Part shown: positions 27,366 to 36,508 of the stretch, piece after piece
Layout of the letters: every line of letters starts with the position of its first letter
Numbering within the stretch: the first letter of the stretch is position 1
Assembly: GCA_027492795.1 (NCBI GenBank)
Contig: JAPUEB010000035.1
Location: 63,221-127,220 of the forward strand
Source: Chryseobacterium sp.
GTDB taxonomy: Bacteria > Bacteroidota > Bacteroidia > Flavobacteriales > Weeksellaceae
Length of the DNA: 64,000 bases
Reading direction: 5' to 3'
Notes under the pieces: model-generated
What the model saw: only the letters and a program-made list of their open reading frames with translations
Databases searched by the model: none
Told to the model about the DNA's origin: nothing
Translations under genes and position numbers: made by a program

Positions 27366-28295
27366 ATGCTTTCACAAAAAAAATTCGAAAAAGCTTTTTC
27401 GTCGCTAGAACCTGACTTTAGGGATAAAAAATACCTTCTTGCGGTTTCGGGAGGTGCAGATTCTATGGTTCTCGCTTATCTGTTTAAAGTTTCAGGTTTG
27501 AAGTTTGATGTTGCGCTCATCAATTATAGATTGCGTGGCGAAGATTCGGATTTAGACGAAAAATTGGTGAAAAACTTTTGTGAAAACCATCAAATCAAGC
27601 TTCATCTCTACCAAGTTTCCGAAAATGATCAAAAACCGGAAGGTTCCATTCAACTTTGGGCAAGAAATCTGCGCTACGATTACTTTTTTAAAGTTTTAGA
27701 AGAAAAAAATCTGGACTTCATCGTAACTGCTCATCATTTGAACGACGATTTGGAAACCTTTCTCATCAATCTTTCGCGAGGTTCGGGAATTAAAGGATTA
27801 AGCGGAATTCCGGCGAATGAAAACCAAATTTTACGTCCGTTTTTGAGTTTTTCAAAAGAAGAGATTTACGATTTTGCAAAAGAAAACAATATTGAATTTC
27901 GCGAGGATCTGTCCAATCAAAAAAATGATTATTTGAGGAATAAAATCCGAAATGAAATTGTGCCGGAACTTAAACAAATCAACGACAATTTTTTGGAAAA
28001 TTTTGGTAAAAGCTTGAATTATTTATATCAAACTAAAATTTTCGTTGAAGAAAAAATTTCTGAAATTGAAACAAAAATCATAAGGGTAAATGATGACAAT
28101 TTGGTCATTAATAAAATTCTTTTTGATAAGGAAAGTGATTTCGTAAAAACGGAAATCCTGCGAAAATTAGGCTTCATTGGAATTGAGATTGAAAAAATCA
28201 TCAACGCCGAAAACGGGAAGTTTTTTCGAAGCAAAACACATGAAATCAGCATTGGGCGTAATGAAATTTTGTGTCAGAAAAGAACTGAAAAGTAA
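27366..28295 (+). CDS. tilS: tRNA(Ile)-lysidine synthase (short form, no TilS_C domain)
   Basis: 309 aa. PP-loop LLAVSGGADSMVL. ..VTAHHLNDDLETFLINL.RGSG..G. Confidence 0.8.
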   Translation: MLSQKKFEKAFSSLEPDFRDKKYLLAVSGGADSMVLAYLFKVSGLKFDVALINYRLRGEDSDLDEKLVKNFCENHQIKLHLYQVSENDQKPEGSIQLWARNLRYDYFFKVLEEKNLDFIVTAHHLNDDLETFLINLSRGSGIKGLSGIPANENQILRPFLSFSKEEIYDFAKENNIEFREDLSNQKNDYLRNKIRNEIVPELKQINDNFLENFGKSLNYLYQTKIFVEEKISEIETKIIRVNDDNLVINKILFDKESDFVKTEILRKLGFIGIEIEKIINAENGKFFRSKTHEISIGRNEILCQKRTEK

Positions 28296-28380
28296 ATCAA
28301 AATCACTATTTTAGCCCGTCTAAATTTTCGCAGATACTTGATTGTCTGCATTCAAAAAGTAAAAAATAAAAAGTAGTAAA

Positions 28381-30459
28381 ATGAAATTCAGAAACTGGTT
28401 CATCCTTGTTTTAATGTTCCTTTTCACGGGACTTTCGGCACAAATAAAAGATCCCGTAAAAATAAAATACACCGTAAATCCTGTTGGCGACAACGTTTAC
28501 GAAGCCGTTCTCACCGCTACAATGGAAAATAAATGGCATATTTATTCCAAAGATTTGCCACCCGATTCCGGAATTCCTACCGAAGTGAAAATTTCCTCCA
28601 AAGAAGGCATCGAACTGATTGGAAAACTTGTGGAAGTCGGCAAAAAACACGACGAATTTTCGGAAGCTTTCGGTGCACAAATCGTTTATTATGCAAACAA
28701 AGTTGATTTTAAACAAAAATTTAAGCTTAAAAATCCCAACAAACCTGCGACAGTAGCTGCGGAAATCACCTATCAAACCTGCGACGACCGCGTTTGTCTC
28801 GCTCCAAATACTTTGGAATTTCAGCAAAAAATCACACCAACTTCAGCCGGAGTTGCCACAGTTACCGATGCTGAAAAAGACAAAAAAACAGCCGACAGTT
28901 TAGCCGCAATTGCAGCAATTCCTGCCGTAAAACCAGATTCTGCAACTGCCACAGTTTCCTCTGTAAGCAAATTGGATCCAAAAAATCTAAAAATAAATTC
29001 GCTCGATTTTGAAAATCCGCTCACCGATTGCGGAACCGTGAAGGAGAAAAAAAATGAAAGTTATTGGATGTACCTTTTCCTCGGATTTTTGGGCGGATTG
29101 ATTGCGTTGCTTACTCCGTGCGTGTTTCCGATGATTCCATTAACGGTTTCTTTCTTCACAAAAGGAAATAAAAATAAGGCAAAAGGAAAGCGCGACGCCA
29201 TTATTTATGGATTTTTCATTCTAATTATTTTCGTTTTACTTTCTGTTCCGTTCCACTTAATTGATGGAATTGCGGGAAATATTTTCAACGAAATTTCCAC
29301 TTCAGTTTGGCTGAACATCGCATTTTTTGTGATTTTCCTGTTTTTTGCGGGAAGTTTCTTTGGATATTACGACATTACTTTACCAAGTTCCATCGCCAAT
29401 AAATCATCAAAAGCTGAGGAAGCGGGAGGAATTATCGGGATTTTCTTTATGGCGCTTACTTTGGTAATTGTTTCGTTTTCCTGCACCGGTCCAATCTTGG
29501 GAAGCCTTTTGGGAAGCGCAGTTACAGGTTCTACTAACGTTCCGATGTTGCTGACTTTCGCACTGGCCGGTTTCGGATTGTCTTGGGCAATTGTTTTCGG
29601 ACTTTTAGCACTTTTTCCGCAAGCTTTGCAAAGTTTACCAAAATCCGGAGGTTGGATGAACACCGTGAAAGTGGCTCTAGGATTTATCGAACTTGGTTTG
29701 GCTCTCAAATTCCTTTCAAAAGCAGATTTGGTTTCCAAAACGTTCCTTTTGAAGCGAGAACTTTTCATCGTTTTATGGATTTTAATAACCATTGGTTTGG
29801 TACTTTATTTATTCGGATTGATAAGGTTTCCTCACGATGATAAAAAACCAAAAATCTCGATCGCCAGAAAAATCTTCGGTGTTTTGGGAATTGGTTTTAT
29901 AATTTATTTGGTTCAAGGTTTATTTCCATCAGAAAGGCCTAAACTGCAAATGCTTTCGGGAATTTTGCCGCCTTTAAATGTAAGTTATCTTCACAATGAA
30001 AAAGACGGAATTTTAGGAATGAAACCCGAACACGATTTCTTTAAAGCCATCGAAATTGCCCAAAAAGAAAACAAGCCTGTGATGGTGGATTTCACCGGTT
30101 ACGGTTGCGAAAACTGCCGTAAAATGGAGGAATTTGTATGGAGCGAACCCGATATTTTGCCGATTTTGCAAAACGACGTCGTTCTTGCCTCACTTTACGT
30201 GGATGACAAGGAAGAACTCCCTGAAAACGAGCAAACTAAAATCGATATGGGAGGCGGACAAATGAAAAAACTAAAAACCATCGGCGATAGATGGAGCATG
30301 TTCCAACAGGTGAATTTCAACAATAATTCGCAGCCGCATTATGTTTTGATAACTCCCGACGGAAAAGTGATTAATACTCCTGTTTCAGGATATATGCCGA
30401 AAGAAGATTTCAAAAAGTTTTTGGAATGTGGCGTGAATTTTTATAAATCGAAAAAATAA
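28381..30459 (+). CDS. dsbD: Thiol:disulfide interchange protein DsbD (N-terminal domain + CcdA-type TM core + C-terminal thioredoxin)
   Basis: 692 aa. TM cysteines (LTPCVFPMIPL, SFSCTGPIL) and C-terminal ..FTGYGCENCRKME. Confidence 0.85.
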   Translation: MKFRNWFILVLMFLFTGLSAQIKDPVKIKYTVNPVGDNVYEAVLTATMENKWHIYSKDLPPDSGIPTEVKISSKEGIELIGKLVEVGKKHDEFSEAFGAQIVYYANKVDFKQKFKLKNPNKPATVAAEITYQTCDDRVCLAPNTLEFQQKITPTSAGVATVTDAEKDKKTADSLAAIAAIPAVKPDSATATVSSVSKLDPKNLKINSLDFENPLTDCGTVKEKKNESYWMYLFLGFLGGLIALLTPCVFPMIPLTVSFFTKGNKNKAKGKRDAIIYGFFILIIFVLLSVPFHLIDGIAGNIFNEISTSVWLNIAFFVIFLFFAGSFFGYYDITLPSSIANKSSKAEEAGGIIGIFFMALTLVIVSFSCTGPILGSLLGSAVTGSTNVPMLLTFALAGFGLSWAIVFGLLALFPQALQSLPKSGGWMNTVKVALGFIELGLALKFLSKADLVSKTFLLKRELFIVLWILITIGLVLYLFGLIRFPHDDKKPKISIARKIFGVLGIGFIIYLVQGLFPSERPKLQMLSGILPPLNVSYLHNEKDGILGMKPEHDFFKAIEIAQKENKPVMVDFTGYGCENCRKMEEFVWSEPDILPILQNDVVLASLYVDDKEELPENEQTKIDMGGGQMKKLKTIGDRWSMFQQVNFNNNSQPHYVLITPDGKVINTPVSGYMPKEDFKKFLECGVNFYKSKK

Positions 30460-30627
30460 GATTACACAAAAAGCCTGAAGTTTTTTCACGAAGAACTCAA
30501 AGTGTTTTTATTCACAACCCTTTCAGCGTTTCAAATCGCTGAAAGGGTTTTTTGTTAAAGACCAAATCATAATTATTGAATTCAAGAACTCACGCAATGC
30601 AATATATTTGTGCATTAGCGGCATAAA

Positions 30628-30682
30628 ATCCTCCAGCGACAAGTCGCGAGAGGTTAACAATGTGTCTCGCTCCGTGCGAACC
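30628..30682 (+). repeat. TCCTCCAGCGACAAGTCGC repeat family, copy 2
   Basis: atcctccagcgacaagtcgcgagaggttaacaatgtgtctcgctccgtgcgaacc. Confidence 0.85.
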
Positions 30683-30863
30683 AAAAATGCTGATTTTTTT
30701 TTGTAAATTTTGTTATTCTTGAACTTCTCTGCGTTACATATGAAAAATGTCATTTTTTCAAAGAAATTACAATTCAGGCATTATTATTGATTTTCAAAAA
30801 TCAAATTCCTTATCAATTTTCTATTGATTATCAAAATTTGTTTCACTTTTAAAAAACACAATT

Positions 30864-31385
30864 ATGGCTGAAGTAATGACACCCGAAAGCAAAGGCGCGA
30901 AATCTCCTCAAAAAAAGAAATTTATTCGCGTAGATATGACACCGATGGTTGACCTTGGTTTTCTGCTGATTACCTTTTTTATGTTCACCACACAATTCAC
31001 CAAACCGAATGTGATGGATCTTGGTTTGCCAGCAAAAAGCCCAACTCCGCCCACGAATGTAATTGATTATCGCAATCAAATAACGTTTGTTCTGGGAAAA
31101 GACAACCGTATTTTCTATTATCAAAAAGAACTTCAAGATTTGTCAAAATCAGATTTTCACGAAACTTCTTTGCAAGGTTTGGAGGTAGCTAAAACGATTC
31201 AAAAATTTAAAAAATCAGCCTTGAACCCTGATATTTTTACTGTAATCATAAAACCTACTGATGATTCCAATTATAAAAACTTTGTAGATATAATGGATGA
31301 AATGGCAATTTCAAAACATGAGATTTACGGCATCACCGATTTGAAACCCAAAGAAGAACAACTTTACAAAGAACTCCTTCAATAG
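30864..31385 (+). CDS. exbD: ExbD/TolR family protein (orphan paralog)
   Basis: RVDMTPMVDLGFLLITFFMFTTQFTKPNVMDLGLPAK is near-identical in its core to the 10774-11343 product. Confidence 0.85.
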   Translation: MAEVMTPESKGAKSPQKKKFIRVDMTPMVDLGFLLITFFMFTTQFTKPNVMDLGLPAKSPTPPTNVIDYRNQITFVLGKDNRIFYYQKELQDLSKSDFHETSLQGLEVAKTIQKFKKSALNPDIFTVIIKPTDDSNYKNFVDIMDEMAISKHEIYGITDLKPKEEQLYKELLQ

Positions 31386-31389
31386 AAAA

Positions 31390-31414
31390 ATCCCGATGTT
31401 TTCGGGATTTTTTC
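31390..31414 (+). terminator. Rho-independent terminator
   Basis: atcccga-tgttt-tcgggat followed by a T6 run. Confidence 0.7.
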
Positions 31415-31433
31415 ATTGTATGTTTCTAGAATA

Positions 31434-31799
31434 TTATTTTAATTCGCGCTCCATATTTTCGGTATTAATACCGTTGGTAACGTTTTTAATGCCATTCTCT
31501 TCCAAAATTTCTTTCGCTTGTCCGCTGCGGTTTCCGCTTCTGCAAAATACAATTACAGAAGACTTTCCTTCAAATTCCTTCACTCTTTGTTTCACTTGAT
31601 CCAAAGGAATATTTACCGCCCCTTTTACGGAACCTCCTGCAAATTCTTCCGGCGTTCTCACATCAACCAGAAACGCACCTTTTTGCACCTGTTCTTTAAT
31701 AGTGATTTCCTTTTGAGCACTGTTGTTGGCGGCATTTGGTGAACCGCATTGAACTGCTACAAAAACGGATAATGATAGTATAAAAACTTTGATTTTCAT
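31434..31799 (-). CDS. Secreted rhodanese-like domain protein
   Basis: 121 aa. Signal peptide and active-site loop FCRSGNRS. Confidence 0.85.
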   Translation of the reverse strand: MKIKVFILSLSVFVAVQCGSPNAANNSAQKEITIKEQVQKGAFLVDVRTPEEFAGGSVKGAVNIPLDQVKQRVKEFEGKSSVIVFCRSGNRSGQAKEILEENGIKNVTNGINTENMERELK

Positions 31800-31873
31800 A
31801 TTTTTAAATTTAATTCACAAAATTATTTTTCCGAATCCGAATAGTCTGTAACTGTAGTTACAAAATAAAATAT

Positions 31874-31881
31874 TAGTTTTG
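31874..31881 (+). promoter_or_regulatory. -7 promoter box (TAgtTTTG)
   Basis: Exact match 32 nt upstream of the ATG at 31913. Confidence 0.4.
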
Positions 31882-31912
31882 AATATCCTTGCAAACCAAA
31901 AACAAACTCCGG

Positions 31913-32842
31913 ATGAGTAAAGATATAAACTTTGGCTTAATCGTATTCTTTCTTCTTGCAATTTTATCTCTTTTTCCTTTTATTTCCGCACCTGTCGCTT
32001 TGGTGATGGGGATTTTGTACATCAATATTTTTAAAACAAAAATTGAAAATCTAGGAAACTACACCAAAAAAGTTTTGCAGTACAGCATTGTAGGACTTGG
32101 GTTCAGCATCAATCTTCGCACCGCTGTAGAAGCAGGAAGCAACGGATTTCTGTTTACGGTTTTCAGCATCATTATGGTTTTTGCAGTAGGTTTGGTTTTC
32201 GGAAAATTTTTAGGAATTGATAAAAAAATACGGGAGTTAATTGCTGTAGGTACCGCAATTTGCGGAGGAAGCGCCATCGCTGCAATTTCGCCCATCATAA
32301 AAGCCGAAAACAATCAAAATTCAATTGCTTTGGGAATTGTATTTCTTCTCAATGCACTTGCACTTCTTATTTTCCCTTACATTGGAGAGTTTTTTCATCT
32401 TACACAGCATCAGTTTGGGATTTGGGCTGCAATTGCGATACACGATACCAGTTCCGTAGTTGGCGCAGCGAGTAAATTTGGCGATGAAGCATTACTGGTA
32501 GCTACCACCGTAAAATTGGCGAGAGCACTTTTCATCATCCCAATTGCAGTAATTTTTTCACTGGTTTACAAAAAGGAAACTAAGGTAAAATTCCCTATGT
32601 TTATACTGTATTTCGTAATCGCTATCATTCTAAATACCTATCTTCCTTTCTTAAAAAACATCACTCCTTATCTTTCCGAAATTTCAAAATCCGGACTCAA
32701 ACTGGCTTTATTTCTTATCGGAATGGGGCTTTCGATCTCACATTTTAAAATTATTGGTGCAAAACCGTTTATACTTGGAATTTCACTGTGGATTCTTATA
32801 AGTGTTGTTTCATTTTTTGCCGTAACCCATTTTATCAATTAA
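31913..32842 (+). CDS. yeiH: YeiH/UPF0324 family putative sulfate exporter-type membrane protein
   Basis: About 10 TM. ..GTAICGGSAIAA.. motif. The ATG at 31913 is preferred over the TTG at 31889 because of the -7 box position. Confidence 0.75.
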   Translation: MSKDINFGLIVFFLLAILSLFPFISAPVALVMGILYINIFKTKIENLGNYTKKVLQYSIVGLGFSINLRTAVEAGSNGFLFTVFSIIMVFAVGLVFGKFLGIDKKIRELIAVGTAICGGSAIAAISPIIKAENNQNSIALGIVFLLNALALLIFPYIGEFFHLTQHQFGIWAAIAIHDTSSVVGAASKFGDEALLVATTVKLARALFIIPIAVIFSLVYKKETKVKFPMFILYFVIAIILNTYLPFLKNITPYLSEISKSGLKLALFLIGMGLSISHFKIIGAKPFILGISLWILISVVSFFAVTHFIN

Positions 32843-32856
32843 ATTTTTCTTCAATA

Positions 32857-33035
32857 CATGACAATTTTTAAAACCATAAAAGTCACAAAAGTTTAAAAAT
32901 TTAAAAGCTTATGAATCGAATTGTTAAAGACAAAATAAAATTTGCGTAAAGACTTATTTTAACTTTAAAAAATTATGTTTTTGATAATCAATTACTTTTG
33001 TGACTTTTGTGGTTAAATATTAATTTTTTGTCATG
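32857..33035. repeat. MITE-like element with about 36-42-bp imperfect terminal inverted repeats (CACAAAAGTCACAAAAG family)
   Basis: Left arm catgacaatttttaaaaccataaaagtcacaaaagt. Right arm acttttgtgacttttgtggttaaatattaattttttgtcatg. Confidence 0.7.
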
Positions 33036-33101
33036 TACTAATAAAATTTCCATAAATTTTTCATACCGTTTTGTTTCGCTAAATTTGTTGAAAACAAGCT
33101 T

Positions 33102-33605
33102 ATGAAAAAACTAATTTTTATTTTAATATCTCTTTTAGTGGTTTCGTGTGGAAAAAAACAAACTGAAGTATCCGAAAAAAGATTGTTGCAAGATACCTTG
33201 CAAAAAATAGACAGCATAAACGCTCATCGCACAAAATATAACGACAGTATTCGTGCGTTGAACAGCCAAAACAGATACCGCGATTACAGCGGAACTCATC
33301 AATTTTCTCACAGTGAAATTAATAAAACAGGTACTGTAAAGTTCACGAAAATTGGGCGCGATGAGTACAAATTGAGTGGCAAAATCTCTTCCGGAATTAA
33401 TTCGGTCGAAATTTCTGGCGTCGGAGAATTGGTTACCGAAAAATATTTGAATTTTGATGGAAAAATCATTCAAAAAATTGATGGAACTACCTATGTACGC
33501 AATAAAAAAACATCCTTCAAAGATGAGAAAAAAGGAAATTTCTGGCGACTGCAGGATAAAGTGAACAGCGATGGTTTTGTGGATTATATTGATATCTATT
33601 TTTAG
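33102..33605 (+). CDS. Hypothetical lipoprotein
   Basis: 167 aa with lipobox LLVVSC. No motif recognised. Confidence 0.55.
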   Translation: MKKLIFILISLLVVSCGKKQTEVSEKRLLQDTLQKIDSINAHRTKYNDSIRALNSQNRYRDYSGTHQFSHSEINKTGTVKFTKIGRDEYKLSGKISSGINSVEISGVGELVTEKYLNFDGKIIQKIDGTTYVRNKKTSFKDEKKGNFWRLQDKVNSDGFVDYIDIYF

Positions 33606-33670
33606 GTTGAGGTTGAGGTAAAGGTTGAGGTAAAGGTTGAGGTAAAGGTTGAGGTAAAGGTTGAGGAAAA
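33605..33670. repeat. 12-bp tandem repeat (ggttgaggtaaa) x about 5.5
   Basis: Directly visible. It starts at the last base of the upstream stop codon. Confidence 0.9.
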
Positions 33671-33714
33671 ATTTAGAGTTGAAGTTAAAATATAAATTTT
33701 AAAAAAATTAGAAA

Positions 33715-34497
33715 ATGTTGAATTACGAAATTTCAGGAAAAGGGAAAGAACATTTGGTGCTGTTGCACGGTTTTATGGAGAATCTGATGATTTGGGAAGA
33801 TTTGGAAACAAAACTTTCCAAAGATTTTACGTTGATAAAAATTGATTTGCCGGGACACGGACTTTCAAAAATTTACAGCGAAACTCACACAATGGAATTG
33901 ATGGCGGATGAAGTGAAAAAAGTGACGGACAAACTGAACTTGCAACAATTTCATTTGTTGGGACATTCTATGGGAGGTTACGTTTCGCTTGCTTTTGCAA
34001 AGAAATTTCCTGAATTTTTGAGATCTTTCACGCTGTTTTTTTCAACATTTTTTGCAGATGACGACGAGAAAAAAGACATCCGAAAAAGAAGCCTGAAAGT
34101 GATTGATGAAAATTTCAAAACGTTTGTTGGCACAAGTATTCCGAATCTTTTTAATGCGAATGAAAAAGACATTTTGGAAGGTAAAATAGAACTCGCCAAA
34201 GAAATTGCCCTTTCCACAAAAATTGATGGCGTAAAAGCAGCCGTTCGTGGAATGATTGAGCGCACCGATAAATCTGAAATTTTAGAAAATTTTGAGGGAA
34301 AAATCCTCCTTATTTCCGGAAAACATGACAATGCTGTAAATTCCAAAAAAACGTTAGACGCCGTTCCTGAAAAAACCAATATCAAAACCTATCTTTTGGA
34401 TTGCGGACATAACGGACATTGGGAAAAGCCGGCGATTTGTGCAGAAATTATCAATTCGGAGTTGCTGCATAATTTGCCGAAGAAGTTTTTATTGTAA
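33715..34497 (+). CDS. Alpha/beta hydrolase (MenH-like)
   Basis: 260 aa. LVLLHGF, nucleophile elbow GHSMGG, C-terminal CGHNGHWE. Confidence 0.8.
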   Translation: MLNYEISGKGKEHLVLLHGFMENLMIWEDLETKLSKDFTLIKIDLPGHGLSKIYSETHTMELMADEVKKVTDKLNLQQFHLLGHSMGGYVSLAFAKKFPEFLRSFTLFFSTFFADDDEKKDIRKRSLKVIDENFKTFVGTSIPNLFNANEKDILEGKIELAKEIALSTKIDGVKAAVRGMIERTDKSEILENFEGKILLISGKHDNAVNSKKTLDAVPEKTNIKTYLLDCGHNGHWEKPAICAEIINSELLHNLPKKFLL

Positions 34498-34701
34498 TTG
34501 TAGAGAAAACGCGCGCACTATTTTCACCACAAAGTTTCGCAATAGGGATTGCAGTGGAAATCCCGCAGTAAGCGATGGGAAAGTTTTGCGGAATTTTGTA
34601 AGCGTAGGAACGAGGAATTGCAACGAAAAGCCCGACCCTTTTTGCAAAATTTTTTTGGATTTTGATGTTGGAAATTTTGCAAATTGGGGATTGCCCAAAT
34701 T

Positions 34702-35313
34702 TTAAGTCAACAAATTTTCGTACACCACAAATCCACCGTAAAAAATACACAAAAGCGAGGAAACCAAAATCAAAACAGCTTGCAGTTTCCCCGATTTCAT
34801 TAGGTTTCTGCTGAAAGGAATGCTGAACAATCCCGACGCGAGAAACATACCGAAAATAGAACCTATTCCGAAAATCAAAATATACAAAAGTCCTTCTGTG
34901 ACAGATTTCATTTGGCTTAAAACCAATACGACCAAGGCTCCGCTTCCTGCCAAACCGTGAATTAAACCAACTCCAAAAGCCATTTTGTGATGATGAGAAT
35001 GTGGTTTTTCAATGGATTTTTTTTCGGATTTTCTGAGCTTTAAAAGCCGCCAAACTCCGAGTGAAATTAGCACCAAACCGACGATTGCCTCAAAATAACT
35101 GAAGGTTTCTTCGGGAATATTGTATTTTAATAATATCATTAAAATTCCTACCATAAAAATGGTGGAAGTGTGACCAATACCCCAAAAAATACCGTCTTTT
35201 ATGGAGTGGGAAATTTTTTCGCGGTTGCTCACGAGATTATTGACCGCCAACAAATGGTCGGCTTCAAAAGCGTGTTCTAATCCGGCGTAAATGGTGACTA
35301 AAAATCCAAACAT
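34702..35313 (-). CDS. UreH/NiCoT-related nickel (cobalt) permease
   Basis: 203 aa, 6 TM. LEHAFEADHLLAVNN resembles the NiCoT signature RHA(V/F)DADHI. Also GIGHTST and a His-rich loop KPHSHHHK. Flanks the hyp genes. Confidence 0.6.
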   Translation of the reverse strand: MFGFLVTIYAGLEHAFEADHLLAVNNLVSNREKISHSIKDGIFWGIGHTSTIFMVGILMILLKYNIPEETFSYFEAIVGLVLISLGVWRLLKLRKSEKKSIEKPHSHHHKMAFGVGLIHGLAGSGALVVLVLSQMKSVTEGLLYILIFGIGSIFGMFLASGLFSIPFSRNLMKSGKLQAVLILVSSLLCIFYGGFVVYENLLT

Positions 35314-35317
35314 TTTT

Positions 35318-35407
35318 TAGATTTCAGATATCAGACTTCAGATATCAGATTTTTTTTTCAAATTAATAAAATATTTTTCAGAGTCTGAAATCTGACATCT
35401 GAAATCT
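35318..35407. repeat. Inverted repeat built from CAGAT(A/T)TCAGA units
   Basis: agatttcagatatcagacttcaga (35319-35342) pairs with tctgaaatctgacatctgaaatct (35384-35407) with 2 mismatches. A/T-rich loop. Confidence 0.75.
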
Positions 35408-35412
35408 CGTGT

Positions 35413-36489
35413 CTAACTATAATGATAATACGCTGCACAAGCGCCTTCCGAAGAAACCATTGGTGCTCCCAAAGGATTTCCGGGATTGCAAATTTTTCCA
35501 AATTGTGGACATTCAAATGGTTTTTTAATGCCTTTCAAAATTTCTCCGGCGATGCATAAATTTTCTTCAACTAAATTTTTAGTTTGGATATCAAATTTTC
35601 GGGAAGCGTCAAAATCTGCATATCGTTCTTTCATTACCAAACCACTTTTAGGAATTTCTCCAATGCCTCTCCATTCTTGAGTTCCTACTTCAAAAATTTC
35701 ATTCACTACATTTTTTGCGGGAATATTTCCTTCATCTTTTACCAATCTTTCGTAGCAATTTTCAACTTTATGTTCGCCTTTTTCCAATTGCAAAACGGCG
35801 TGATAAATAGCCTGAAGTAAATCTGCCGGTTCAAAACCCGAAATTACAATCGGAATTTTATATTTTTCTGCGAGTGGAACATATTCCGAAGTTCCCATGA
35901 TGGTACAAACGTGACCTGCGCCGAGAAACGCATCAATACTACAAAATTCATCATCCAAAATCGCTTCCATTGCTGGAGGAACCAAAACGTGGGAAACCAA
36001 AAGTGAAAAATTTTTTAAGCCTAATTTTTGCGCGTGAACCACACTTAAAGCGTTACTTGGAGCCGTCGTTTCAAAACCAACGGCGAAGAAGACCACCTCT
36101 TTTTCAGGATTTTTTTCAGCGATTTTCACGGCTTCCAAAGGTGAATATAAAATCCGCAAATCGCCACCGTCTGCTTTTGCCTGCAACAACGATTTTTTGC
36201 TTCCGGGAACACGAACCATATCTCCAAACGAACACAAAATTGCGCCTTTTTCCATTAAAACAATGGCTTTGTCAATCAAAGAAATCGGCGTCACACAAAC
36301 CGGACAACCGGGACCGTGAATCATCCGAACTTTTTCGGGAAGCAGTTCCAATAATCCGTTTTTTACCAAAGAATGCGTTTGTCCGCCACAAATTTCCATA
36401 ATGCTCCAAGGTTTTGTGATGGTTTTTTCTATCTCGTGCAAATAAAATTTGACGAGTTCTGGATTGCGGTATTCTGTGAGGAATTTCAT
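35413..36489 (-). CDS. hypD: Hydrogenase formation protein HypD
   Basis: 358 aa. MEICGGQTHS, GPGCPVCVTP, FETTAP, C-terminal GACAAYY. Confidence 0.9.
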   Translation of the reverse strand: MKFLTEYRNPELVKFYLHEIEKTITKPWSIMEICGGQTHSLVKNGLLELLPEKVRMIHGPGCPVCVTPISLIDKAIVLMEKGAILCSFGDMVRVPGSKKSLLQAKADGGDLRILYSPLEAVKIAEKNPEKEVVFFAVGFETTAPSNALSVVHAQKLGLKNFSLLVSHVLVPPAMEAILDDEFCSIDAFLGAGHVCTIMGTSEYVPLAEKYKIPIVISGFEPADLLQAIYHAVLQLEKGEHKVENCYERLVKDEGNIPAKNVVNEIFEVGTQEWRGIGEIPKSGLVMKERYADFDASRKFDIQTKNLVEENLCIAGEILKGIKKPFECPQFGKICNPGNPLGAPMVSSEGACAAYYHYS

Positions 36490-36508
36490 TCAGTTCAAAG
36501 TTCAGAAT

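Noticed and set aside
27366-28295. tilS as a truncated pseudogene (309 aa versus about 430 aa in many bacteria)
   Set aside because: The ORF ends cleanly and the 85-bp spacer to dsbD holds no remnant of a TilS_C domain. Short TilS forms without the C-terminal domain are known.
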